Source: Spirochaetia bacterium (GTDB taxonomy: Bacteria; Spirochaetota; Spirochaetia; DSM-2461). Taken from it: a DNA stretch of 64,000 nt. Positions 44,355 to 53,114 of the stretch are shown here, piece by piece (position 1 is the first letter of the stretch; the number at the start of each line of letters is the position of its first letter). The stretch is from the NCBI GenBank assembly GCA_963668315.1, contig OY764216.1, positions 1,920,001-1,984,000 on the forward strand, written 5' to 3'. Both the position numbers and the translations under genes were made by a program. The notes under the pieces are model-generated. The model searched no databases, was not told where the DNA came from, and saw nothing but the letters and a program-made list of their open reading frames with translations.

Positions 44355-44383
44355 TTGACAGATTTAACCCTTAGTGTTATAAA
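44355..44383 (+). promoter_or_regulatory. Sigma-70 promoter of the BCCT operon
   Basis: TTGACA, 17 bp, TATAAA with an extended -10 TG. Confidence 0.75.
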
Positions 44384-44412
44384 TAAAATAATTTCATAAA
44401 AGGAGCTTTTCT

Positions 44413-46041
44413 ATCAGAGTTAGCAAAAATGAAAAAAAACTGTCACTGGATCTGCACCCCGTCGTATTTTATACTTCCGCAGCCATCATTATAGGGTTTG
44501 TTATCTTTTCCGTACTGTTCAACCAATCCCTGGGTAATATCTTTAATCCCCTGCTTAACGGGATTTCTACAAACGCAGGGTGGTTTTTCACCCTTTCAAT
44601 TAATTTCATACTTCTTTTTATTCTCTACCTGATGTTCAGCCAATACGGTAATATCCGTCTGGGCGGCGATGATGCTGAACCGGAGTTCAGCACGATGAGC
44701 TGGTTCGCCATGCTTTTTTCCGCCGGCATGGGAATCGGACTTCTTTTTTACGGCGTAGCCGAACCTATGTTCCATTTTATCCACCCCCCCGTACCATCCG
44801 GAACTGCGGCCGAGACGGCAAGAAGAGCCATGGGGTTTACCTTTCTTCACTGGGGACTTCATCCCTGGGCCGTTTATGCCCTGGTCGCCCTGGCACTCGC
44901 CTTTTTCAGCTTCAACAAGGGGCAGCCCCTGTCCATCAGATCGATTTTCTACCCCCTTCTGGGTGACCGGATTAATGGCGGTTGGGGAAATCTTATCGAT
45001 ATTCTGGCCACAGTCGCCACTCTCTTCGGCGTCGCCACATCCCTGGGATTCGGTGTTCAGCAGATAAATGCCGGTCTGAATCACCTCATCGGTCTGCAGC
45101 AGAATTCCCTTGTGCAGCTTCTTCTGATCGCCGGCATCACGACCATAGCCACTATTTCTGTTGTCAGAGGTCTGGACGGGGGAATCAAAAAATTGTCGGA
45201 AATAAATATCTGGCTGGCCATGGGACTGCTGCTGTTCGTGCTTCTGACAGGGCCGACACTCTTTATCTTCAACGGATTTCTGGAGAATATTGGAGCTTAT
45301 CTGCAGAACTTTTCTCAGATGGCCACCTGGAACGAGACTTTCGAGAACACCAGCTGGCAGAACTCCTGGACTGTGTTCTATTGGGCCTGGTGGATCGCCT
45401 GGTCTCCCTTTGTGGGGATGTTTATCGCCCGGGTCTCCCGGGGCAGGACCATTCGGGAATTTCTCATGGGTGTTCTGGCCGTGCCGACCCTGGTTACCTT
45501 CCTGTGGATGACGGTTTTCGGGAACTCCGCCCTTTATATCGAGCTGTTCAAAGACGGCGGACTGGCAGAGGCGGTCACCGAGAATGTTCCCCTCTCCCTT
45601 TTTCTTCTGCTGGAGCATTTTCCTTTGACGCCGGTCACCTCCGTTCTGGGGGTTCTGGTGGTTATCAGCTTCTTCGTGACCTCATCCGATTCGGGTTCCA
45701 TGGTTATTGATATTATTACGGCCGGGGGAAATCCCGATCCTCCCATTCCCCAGAGGCTTTTCTGGGCTATCCTGGAGGGGGTTGTGGCGGCTGCTCTGCT
45801 TCTCAGCGGAGGTCTGGAGGCTTTACAGTCCGCCGTAATTACCACCGGTCTGCCCTTCGCCGCCGTTCTTCTCCTTCTCTGTTTCAGTCTGAAGAAGGGA
45901 TTGAACGAGTACACCGGCGTGCAGACTTTCACGTTGAAGACCGGGAAGGTTAAACCCCATCGTTTTCAAATTGAGAGCGGTGAGGCTCCCTTCGTGAAAT
46001 TCAAGAAGAAACCCCGGAAGAAGGAGGAGGAGAATGTATAA
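44413..46041 (+). CDS. BCCT family betaine/choline/carnitine transporter (start codon atypical, see findings)
   Basis: SWFAMLFSAGMGIG, HWGLHPWA, WTVFYWAWWIAWSPFVGMFIARVSRGRTIREF and FFVTSSDS. The frame stays open upstream of ATG 44632 and encodes the first two TM helices. Confidence 0.9.
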   Translation: MRVSKNEKKLSLDLHPVVFYTSAAIIIGFVIFSVLFNQSLGNIFNPLLNGISTNAGWFFTLSINFILLFILYLMFSQYGNIRLGGDDAEPEFSTMSWFAMLFSAGMGIGLLFYGVAEPMFHFIHPPVPSGTAAETARRAMGFTFLHWGLHPWAVYALVALALAFFSFNKGQPLSIRSIFYPLLGDRINGGWGNLIDILATVATLFGVATSLGFGVQQINAGLNHLIGLQQNSLVQLLLIAGITTIATISVVRGLDGGIKKLSEINIWLAMGLLLFVLLTGPTLFIFNGFLENIGAYLQNFSQMATWNETFENTSWQNSWTVFYWAWWIAWSPFVGMFIARVSRGRTIREFLMGVLAVPTLVTFLWMTVFGNSALYIELFKDGGLAEAVTENVPLSLFLLLEHFPLTPVTSVLGVLVVISFFVTSSDSGSMVIDIITAGGNPDPPIPQRLFWAILEGVVAAALLLSGGLEALQSAVITTGLPFAAVLLLLCFSLKKGLNEYTGVQTFTLKTGKVKPHRFQIESGEAPFVKFKKKPRKKEEENV

Positions 46042-46714
46042 GAATATCAGTCAGAAATTCTCGGGCAGCTGTTTTCTGCTGGTGCGCCAGAGGGAAGATT
46101 CCGTACTGTTCCTCGGAACAGCCTTTGTTATCCATGAGGAGGGCTACCTTCTGACCACGTCCCATCTGCTCGAAGATAATTACGATGGGCTCATGGCCGC
46201 CCGGCCGAACAACCCCGAAGAGTTTTCTCCCCTGAGCATGGAGACCGTCTCGGCCATTCCGCTGGACGTAATCAAGGTTGACCATAAGGATAACACCGCT
46301 CTTCTCAAGTTCGCCCGGAACATGAAGATCGAGACTCCCGACCATCTGGTGGGGGCGCCGGAAAATGTTCTGCTGGGAAGTTCCGTGCTCTGTTTCGGAT
46401 TTCCCTTCGGCCATCGGGATCTCCACAATCTGGCCGTTCAGAGTTCCGTCGTGAGCTCAAAAGTCTCCCTGTCCGACAGGACGAATCTTTTTCTTATTGA
46501 TACGACGATCCATGCGGGTATGGCCGGAGGACCCCTGGTTAACAGGGATGACGGAAGGGTTATCGGCATTCTGACAGGCCGCTTCCTTCCCCTGGAAGAG
46601 GGGGGGGATTTTGTCAGGGAAGATCATCCCGATTACGAAACGAGCTTCAGCTACGCCGTCTCCATAGAGTACGGAAGGAAAATGCTGGAAGATCTGGGAC
46701 GGGAAATATCCTAG
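46034..46714 (+). CDS. Trypsin-like (S1/HtrA-fold) protein, predicted catalytically inactive
   Basis: GTAFVI...YLLTTSH...GFPFG...ID...GMAGGPLV...GRVIGI. AGGAGG SD; overlaps the BCCT stop by 8 nt. Confidence 0.8.
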   Translation: MYKNISQKFSGSCFLLVRQREDSVLFLGTAFVIHEEGYLLTTSHLLEDNYDGLMAARPNNPEEFSPLSMETVSAIPLDVIKVDHKDNTALLKFARNMKIETPDHLVGAPENVLLGSSVLCFGFPFGHRDLHNLAVQSSVVSSKVSLSDRTNLFLIDTTIHAGMAGGPLVNRDDGRVIGILTGRFLPLEEGGDFVREDHPDYETSFSYAVSIEYGRKMLEDLGREIS

Positions 46715-47541
46715 TTCTCCTCTTTCGGTGATGGAGCTTCGTCTATGGTTATTTTCGGATAGGGAATAGCCATATTGAGATTTCTCATCTCGCTGAGGAT
46801 CTCCTTGGAGACCTTGTTTCTTACATTTCTGTAGTCCTCTTTGAGAAACCAGACGCCGAAGGTCAGTTCCACACCTCTCTCATTAAACTCCTTAAGCAGA
46901 AAAAAGGGTTCCGGTTCGTCCAGAACAAGGGGATTGCGGAGGGCCATCTCTCGCAGGACCACCTCCAGGCTGTCCAGATCATCCCCGTAGGAGACGGTAA
47001 AGGTGAAGTCCATCCGGCGCAGGGGGAAACGGGTAATATTGATCACTTCGGAGGAAATAATGACTTCGTTGGGGATACGCACGAGCATGTTGTCGAATGT
47101 CTTGATCTTGACGGCCAAGAGGTCCACATCAAGCACGGTTCCGACCCGGCCCCCGATATTCACCGCATCGCCCACTTCAAAGGGCCGTTCCGAGAGGAGG
47201 AAGAATCCGCTTACCATATTCCCGATGCTTTTCTGGCTGGCCACTCCCAGGGCGATACCCAGGATTCCGGCTGCTCCCAGTAGGGCGGTGATATTGACTC
47301 CCAGTTCGGAGAGCACGGCAAAGCACAGAATGGTCATGCCCGTATAGGTGATGATTTTATTGACGATCATCCCGGACTGGCGGCTGACCCTCTTTATCGT
47401 GAATCTGTTGACCAGGGTGACGATGAGCCTAATGAGAAGGAAGCCTACGACAAGAAAGATCAGGGCGCGGCTGATATGATGAAAATTTTCCGATGAGAAG
47501 ACTTTTTTAAGAACTTCGTTATTCTTCCAATCCTGAAACAT
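46711..47541 (-). CDS. Small-conductance mechanosensitive channel (MscS family)
   Basis: LLGAAGILGIALGVASQ, SGFFLLSERPFEVGD, VRIPN and IPYP. Confidence 0.92.
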   Translation of the reverse strand: MFQDWKNNEVLKKVFSSENFHHISRALIFLVVGFLLIRLIVTLVNRFTIKRVSRQSGMIVNKIITYTGMTILCFAVLSELGVNITALLGAAGILGIALGVASQKSIGNMVSGFFLLSERPFEVGDAVNIGGRVGTVLDVDLLAVKIKTFDNMLVRIPNEVIISSEVINITRFPLRRMDFTFTVSYGDDLDSLEVVLREMALRNPLVLDEPEPFFLLKEFNERGVELTFGVWFLKEDYRNVRNKVSKEILSEMRNLNMAIPYPKITIDEAPSPKEEN

Positions 47542-47552
47542 CCTTGATCCCC

Positions 47553-48302
47553 TTAAAAACTGGTCAGGGATTTTAAAAAGTAAAAACTTTTTCTAAGTCC
47601 CATGGTGTCCCTTTTAATCTGGGGGCCTGAGAAGAGATTCCCCCTGTCTCCGGCTTCCCCCTGCGCTCCCACGCTTACCTGGCTTATCTGATCCATCCCC
47701 CGGAATTTCACGGTGACTTCATCGGACTGAAAACAGCCGTCCTTCCAGTAAAGGGAGTATTGGGAAACGCGCAGAAGGAGTCTCTGAAAATGAAGAAGTT
47801 CGGGGGAGGTGTTGAAGATGGTGAGAGGGCAGGCGGCTTTCCAGGAGCAGTCCTCCTTTTCCATATGGTCAAGGGAGAAAGAGAGGGAGTACGCCGGTTC
47901 CCCCGCTTCCGGTTCGCCGAACCAGGTCTTGGACAGGTTGGTCAGGGGGTAGCGTATCAGTTCCTGGTATTTGCCCCGGGATCCCCGTACCGCCAGCGCC
48001 GGAATGAGGGGCAGGGACACGGACATGGATATTTTTTCCCGCGGAGCGATGATAAGCGTATGGTCCATGCGGAGCATGACGGGCAGCTCAGGAAGAAGGG
48101 GGATGAAGTAGACCGGTCGTCTTTCGTCTACAAAGAAGACGCTCAGGGAGTCCGGAACGGCATTTCCCGATTCATCTCTCAGGGTACACTCTATGCTGTC
48201 CCTGCTGCGGGAGAAGGCAATGCTTCCCCCCTCGGGTAACTCCAGGGTCCCGTGTTTTTTTTCCAGAGGACCGAATCGGCCCGCTTTTACAATCATTTCC
48301 AT
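47553..48302 (-). CDS. DUF432-like protein
   Basis: PLLPELPV...LSKTWFGEPEAGEPAY...CPLTIFN pattern and its position directly upstream of an MscS gene. Family recalled from memory, not searched. Confidence 0.55.
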   Translation of the reverse strand: MEMIVKAGRFGPLEKKHGTLELPEGGSIAFSRSRDSIECTLRDESGNAVPDSLSVFFVDERRPVYFIPLLPELPVMLRMDHTLIIAPREKISMSVSLPLIPALAVRGSRGKYQELIRYPLTNLSKTWFGEPEAGEPAYSLSFSLDHMEKEDCSWKAACPLTIFNTSPELLHFQRLLLRVSQYSLYWKDGCFQSDEVTVKFRGMDQISQVSVGAQGEAGDRGNLFSGPQIKRDTMGLRKSFYFLKSLTSF

Positions 48303-48321
48303 GGATCCATCCCTTCCGTAA

Positions 48322-49065
48322 TTATGGACCACATGGATAAGAATGACAACTCCCTTCCCCTGGGGGCCCACTCAGGTGAAGAACGGCGGCGATGGAGGAG
48401 AAATCCTCAGGCCAGGGAGCTTCCACGAGGACTGTTTTGCTTGTCCATGGGTGGGGAAACTCGATTTTACGTCCATGAAGTAGGAGTCTCCCGTTGCCGC
48501 CGAACTCCCGGAGTATGGTGTTATGTCTGAGATCGCCGTGAGCCGTGTCTCCGATGATGGGATGACCGATACGGGCCAGATGGCGGCGCAGCTGATGGTA
48601 GCGGCCTGTCACGGGCTCGGCTTCAACCAGGGCGTAGCGGGAAGTGGGGAAGCGGTTGTTGGCTACGGGGATCTCACCTTTCGAGAGGAGAACATACCGT
48701 GTCAGAGCTTCCTGCTCCTCCCGGCTGCCCCTGGATACTTTACCCTGTTTGTACTTCTGCAGGGGAAGATCAATCTCGCCTGTCTCGCCGGGCCAGCCCC
48801 GCACGATGGCATGATAGCGTTTGTGTATCTTTCCTTCCAGGAAATATCCGCTGAGGATGCGGGCCGTTTCTCCGTCATTAGCGCAGAGGATCACTCCCGA
48901 TGCGGGTCTGTCCAGTCTATGCACCGGGCTGGGCGGGGATTCGAACTGCTCCCTGAGGCGGTCCACAAGGGAGTCGGTGTCGGAAGAGAGGGGGGAGCGG
49001 TGCACGATCAGTCCGGAAGGCTTGCTGATGAGGGTGATCCACTGGTCGCGGTAAAGTATTTCCAT
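48322..49065 (-). CDS. TruC-like pseudouridine synthase (RluA family)
   Basis: KPSGLIVHRS, VHRLDRPASG, RYALVEAEPVTGRYHQLRRHLA and PIIGDTAHGD. Confidence 0.85.
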   Translation of the reverse strand: MEILYRDQWITLISKPSGLIVHRSPLSSDTDSLVDRLREQFESPPSPVHRLDRPASGVILCANDGETARILSGYFLEGKIHKRYHAIVRGWPGETGEIDLPLQKYKQGKVSRGSREEQEALTRYVLLSKGEIPVANNRFPTSRYALVEAEPVTGRYHQLRRHLARIGHPIIGDTAHGDLRHNTILREFGGNGRLLLHGRKIEFPHPWTSKTVLVEAPWPEDFSSIAAVLHLSGPPGEGSCHSYPCGP

Positions 49066-49208
49066 GGAGCGTATTGTAGAGCATGGGGGAGATTGCTGGC
49101 AAGAGAGCGGATGAAAATAAAACGTCTGTGTAGCTTTTTAGGGGGTATGCCTACATCAATGTAAGAAATACCATGAGGAAAATATGGCCATATCCCCCGA
49201 AATCCCAT

Positions 49209-49224
49209 TGGCACACCTTTTGCT
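49209..49224 (+). promoter_or_regulatory. Sigma-54 (-24/-12) promoter
   Basis: TGGCAC-ACCTT-TTGCT matches the TGGCAC-N5-TTGC consensus and ends 22 bp before the ATG at 49247. Confidence 0.85.
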
Positions 49225-49246
49225 ATATCCAGGGTAAGGAGAAGAA

Positions 49247-50824
49247 ATGACTTCTTATGAGGAATCATTAACCCTGATTGGAAAATTGAGTCAGATTGTT
49301 CTGGAAGAGAAAAATCTTTTCCACAGCCTTCACGAAGCTCTGGGCCTGATGGCCGGCATGGTGGGGCTCAAGCGGAGCATGCTGACAATATATAACAGAA
49401 AAACGGGCAAAATTTACATAAAAGAGGCCGTAGGATACACCTACCAGGAAAAGGGAAAGGGAATATATTCCCCCGGAGAAGGGATAACCGGAAGGGTTGT
49501 CGAACGGGGGGAGCCGATCATTGTGGAAGATATCCATGATGATTCCCGGTTTCTCAACAGGACAGGCGGTTCCGATATGGAAGAGGAACACCTCTCTTTT
49601 GTGTGCGTGCCCATTAAGTCGGGAGAGAATGTCATTGGGACGCTAAGCGCTCAGATTCCGTTGGCAGCGGTGGAGGAATTGAAGAAAGTACAACACCTAA
49701 TGTCGATAGCGGGCACGATTATTTTTCATGCCGTGCTAAGGACCCAGGCCGAGGAAGAAGAGAAGCATGAACTGGAGGATGAAAACAGGAGACTCCAGGA
49801 GGCGTTAGGAGAGAGAACACAGCGGGGCAGTTCCGATATGGTAGGGAACTCCAAGGTAATGCAGCGGCTCATGCAGCTTTTAGGCAAGGTAGCCGCTACG
49901 GACGCCACGGTGCTCATCGAAGGAGAGAGCGGCGTGGGTAAAAGTCTTGTCGCCTGGGAGCTCCACCGGAACAGTCACCGCGCCGACGGTCCCTTTATCA
50001 AACTGAACTGCGCGGCTCTGCCTGAGTCGATTATCGAGAGCGAGCTGTTCGGTCATGAAAGGGGGGCCTTCACCGGAGCTCTGCAGCAGCGGAAGGGGCG
50101 ATTTGAACTGGCCGGAGGGGGAACGATTTTTCTTGATGAAATCGGGGAAATCAGTCTGGCCACTCAAGCCAAGCTGCTCAGAGTACTCCAGGAGGGGGAA
50201 TTCGAACGGGTCGGAGGCGTGGAAACTCTCATCACCGACGCCCGTGTGATCGCGGCTACCAACAAGAATCTTGAAGAGCAGGTGAGGCTGGGGAACTTCA
50301 GAGAAGACCTTTTCTACCGGCTTAATATTATTCCTGTTATGGTGCCCCCCCTCCGGGACCGGAAGAACGACATCGTTCTGCTGGCCGATCATTTCATCGA
50401 GAAAGCCAATAGGATGAATCAGAAGAGCGTTAACCGTATCTCCACACCGGCGATTGACATGCTCATGTCCTATCACTGGCCCGGCAACATCCGGGAACTG
50501 GAGCATGCCATAGAGCGGGCGGTCATTCTCACCGACGACAATACCATTCACGGTTATCATCTTCCCCCGTCCCTTCAGGTGCCGTCGGCGGCGCCGAGGC
50601 GCTTCGAGGAGGAGGGTACCCTGCAGCAGCGGCTGGAAGCGATCGAATACGAAATGATTATCGACGCTCTGAAAGCCACCCACGGGAATGCTTCCAAGGC
50701 GGCGGAGGTCCTGGGACTTACCAACCGGATGATGGGACTGCGTCTGAGCAAGTACGGCATCGACTACCGCAGTTTCCGCCATCCCGGCAAGGGCGAAGAG
50801 GAATCGGCTCTGTCAGCGGTCTGA
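49247..50824 (+). CDS. Sigma-54 enhancer-binding activator, GAF-AAA+-HTH (NifA/AnfA-like)
   Basis: GAF region (YSPGEGITGRV, SFVCVPI), GESGVGKS, ESELFGHERGAFTGA, LDEIGE, WPGNIREL and a C-terminal Fis-type HTH. Confidence 0.92.
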   Translation: MTSYEESLTLIGKLSQIVLEEKNLFHSLHEALGLMAGMVGLKRSMLTIYNRKTGKIYIKEAVGYTYQEKGKGIYSPGEGITGRVVERGEPIIVEDIHDDSRFLNRTGGSDMEEEHLSFVCVPIKSGENVIGTLSAQIPLAAVEELKKVQHLMSIAGTIIFHAVLRTQAEEEEKHELEDENRRLQEALGERTQRGSSDMVGNSKVMQRLMQLLGKVAATDATVLIEGESGVGKSLVAWELHRNSHRADGPFIKLNCAALPESIIESELFGHERGAFTGALQQRKGRFELAGGGTIFLDEIGEISLATQAKLLRVLQEGEFERVGGVETLITDARVIAATNKNLEEQVRLGNFREDLFYRLNIIPVMVPPLRDRKNDIVLLADHFIEKANRMNQKSVNRISTPAIDMLMSYHWPGNIRELEHAIERAVILTDDNTIHGYHLPPSLQVPSAAPRRFEEEGTLQQRLEAIEYEMIIDALKATHGNASKAAEVLGLTNRMMGLRLSKYGIDYRSFRHPGKGEEESALSAV

Positions 50825-52141
50825 TTTTCCTGTAAAGCTGCGCTGGAAATCCAGGCTCGAAGGAGTCTGGTAAACGGCCAGTCCGAAATAGGGGATCGCC
50901 GCCAGGACATGGTCGAATATATCCGCCTGGATGCCTTCGTAGTTCGCCCAGACCTGATCATTGGAGAAAACGTATATTTCCAGGGGAATCCCTTTGTCTG
51001 TCGGCTGGAGCTGACGGACCAGAAAGGTCATGGAATCATCAATCTTTGCGTGATTTTTCAGATAAGCCGAGAGATAGGCCCGGAAAATCCCCAGGTTGGT
51101 CATGCACCGTCCGTTGATAAGGTGGGCGGTATTCACGTTTTTTTCCCTGTTTTCCCTGTCTATTTCCTCCTTTTTCAGAGGAATGAACTCTTTTATCAGA
51201 TCAATTTTGCGTAAATCCTCCAGCATCTCTTCATTGCAGAAGGTCACGCTGTTCATATCTATGTTCACATGCCGCTTGATCCGGCGTCCCCCCGATTCGC
51301 TCATGCCCCGCCAGTTTCTGAAGGACGAGGAGACCAGACTGTATATGGGGAGGCTGACTATGGTCTTGTCGAAGTTCTGCACCGTGACGGTCTGGAGTTT
51401 GATATCGATAACGTCCCCGTCGGCCCCGTGTTCGGGAACGCTGATCCAGTCGCCTATGCGCACCATATCGTTGCCCGAGAGCTGGATGGCGGCGACAAGG
51501 CCCAGGATAGAATCCTTGAATACGAGCATAAGAACCGCCGAAAGGGCCCCTATGCCGGAAAGAAAACCCAGGGCCGAGCGGTTCATCAGCACGGAAACTA
51601 CAAGAATCATCGCCACAATAACGGCCAGGACGCGGATTATCTGGAGATAGCCTTTGATAGGGCGGTTTTTGGAAATCTCATAGGTGGTGTATATTCGGTT
51701 GACGCCCGTGAGAAACGTGTTGAAGAGGTCAAGGACGACGAGTATCAGATAGGCCAGCAGGACTCTCTGCAGGAATGTCTCCGCCATATCGGATTTCAGA
51801 AAGACCACGGGAAAGGAGAAATAGAGAAGCAGTCCCGGGACAATATGGGCCAGTTTGGCGAAAACTCCCGTGCCCATGAGGATATCGTCCCATCGGGTGG
51901 CCGTTTTTTTGACGATTTTCGTTAATACGGCTTCGATAATTTTCCGGGTGATGAAATTCACCGGGACAGCCAGCGCCAGAAGAGCGGCGAGGAGAATCAG
52001 CGTACTGAGAATCCCCGCCGGTACCTCATTCAATCCCAGTTCGACCAAAAGGGCGGTCAGTTTTATATCCACAATAGGCTCCCGTTCTTTTTTTCGAGTA
52101 TAGGGCAGAGGAGAAGATTCTTCAATGGCCGGTGTTTCCAT
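50813..52141 (-). CDS. MscS-family mechanosensitive channel, YbdG-like
   Basis: GALSAVLMLVFKDSILGLVA, GDWI...ADGDV, VQNFDKTI, NWRGMSESGGRRIKR and FLVRQLQP. Start uncertain. Confidence 0.9.
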   Translation of the reverse strand: METPAIEESSPLPYTRKKEREPIVDIKLTALLVELGLNEVPAGILSTLILLAALLALAVPVNFITRKIIEAVLTKIVKKTATRWDDILMGTGVFAKLAHIVPGLLLYFSFPVVFLKSDMAETFLQRVLLAYLILVVLDLFNTFLTGVNRIYTTYEISKNRPIKGYLQIIRVLAVIVAMILVVSVLMNRSALGFLSGIGALSAVLMLVFKDSILGLVAAIQLSGNDMVRIGDWISVPEHGADGDVIDIKLQTVTVQNFDKTIVSLPIYSLVSSSFRNWRGMSESGGRRIKRHVNIDMNSVTFCNEEMLEDLRKIDLIKEFIPLKKEEIDRENREKNVNTAHLINGRCMTNLGIFRAYLSAYLKNHAKIDDSMTFLVRQLQPTDKGIPLEIYVFSNDQVWANYEGIQADIFDHVLAAIPYFGLAVYQTPSSLDFQRSFTGKSDR

Positions 52142-52217
52142 ACGGGGCTGGAATTCGGTTGACAGGGAAGTGGCCCCTATCTATCATAGATTCTCCCCCA
52201 GGGAGAGGAGAACTCCG

Positions 52218-53024
52218 GTGAAGCTGTATAACATAAGTGAGGCGGCCAAGATCCTCAATGTATCGAGCGGTCTTTTGCGCCATTATGAGAAATTGGGCCT
52301 TATCGTTCCCATACGGGAGGAGAACGGCTACCGCTGCTTCAGCATAAGCGATATCGATATGCTGCTGGGGATCAGGCGATTCAGAAATATGGGCTTTCCC
52401 CTGGAAGATATGGAGCTTCTTATCGATAAGGGCGATTATGACCAGGTCAGGGAGCAGTATCACAGGCGGATTAACTCTCTTGAAGGGGAGATTGAAGAAA
52501 AGCGGAGAGTTCTTGACGCCCTGATAAATCTGTCCTCTGAGATTGATGGCGTAGGGGTGAATGAAGGCCGGTTTGAGGAAACCCTGAGTCCCGAAGTCCT
52601 TCGTATCGACAGTCGGGAAAATGACAGTTTTCGTCTGGAGGGGATAACCGAAGAGACCCTTCGCTGGGTGGATCAGATGCCTCAGGTCTCGATCTCCCCT
52701 CTCTTTCCGCTCCCATCCGTTCTTTCCGGCAGGAAGGATGTGAAATTCGGTTTTATCGCTCCCTACGGATTGGCGAAGGAAATGAAGCTGGATAAAACGG
52801 AAAATACCGGATATTTCCCTCCCGTACCCTGTATCTCCACGATTCTCTTCAGCGCGGGGGAAGAGAGAATTCATGCGGGCAAGCTGGCTCCTTTTCTGGC
52901 TTATTTTCGGGAAAACCGCTATGAACCGGCGGGAGATCCCTGGGGCATTACGATAGGCAATTACAATGAGGACGGGCGGCATAAAAGGTTTCACCGGATC
53001 TATTTTCCCGTAAGAAAAAAATAA
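52218..53024 (+). CDS. MerR family transcriptional regulator
   Basis: ISEAAKILNVSSGLLRHYEKLGLIVPIREENGYR HTH, a coiled coil and a GyrI-like C-terminal effector region. GTG start after GAGGAG; TTGACA-17-TATCAT at 52159-52187. Confidence 0.9.
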   Translation: MKLYNISEAAKILNVSSGLLRHYEKLGLIVPIREENGYRCFSISDIDMLLGIRRFRNMGFPLEDMELLIDKGDYDQVREQYHRRINSLEGEIEEKRRVLDALINLSSEIDGVGVNEGRFEETLSPEVLRIDSRENDSFRLEGITEETLRWVDQMPQVSISPLFPLPSVLSGRKDVKFGFIAPYGLAKEMKLDKTENTGYFPPVPCISTILFSAGEERIHAGKLAPFLAYFRENRYEPAGDPWGITIGNYNEDGRHKRFHRIYFPVRKK

Positions 53025-53040
53025 AAAAATATCTACTTTC

Positions 53041-53071
53041 TTGACTTTACAATTGTTGTAAGGATTAACAT
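53041..53071 (+). promoter_or_regulatory. MerR-type promoter/operator with 19-bp spacer
   Basis: TTGACT, 19 bp, TAACAT; the spacer contains the dyad TTACAA-TTG-TTGTAA. Confidence 0.8.
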
Positions 53072-53114
53072 TCTCCCCGGTCCGGTCACTGCGGACCGAA
53101 AAGGAGAGTTGTCA

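Noticed and set aside
44100..44412. SAM riboswitch for luxS, or c-di-AMP/fluoride riboswitch for the BCCT gene
   Set aside because: Consensus motifs are not matched by eye, and both genes have promoter-like boxes close to their starts, leaving no room for a long leader.
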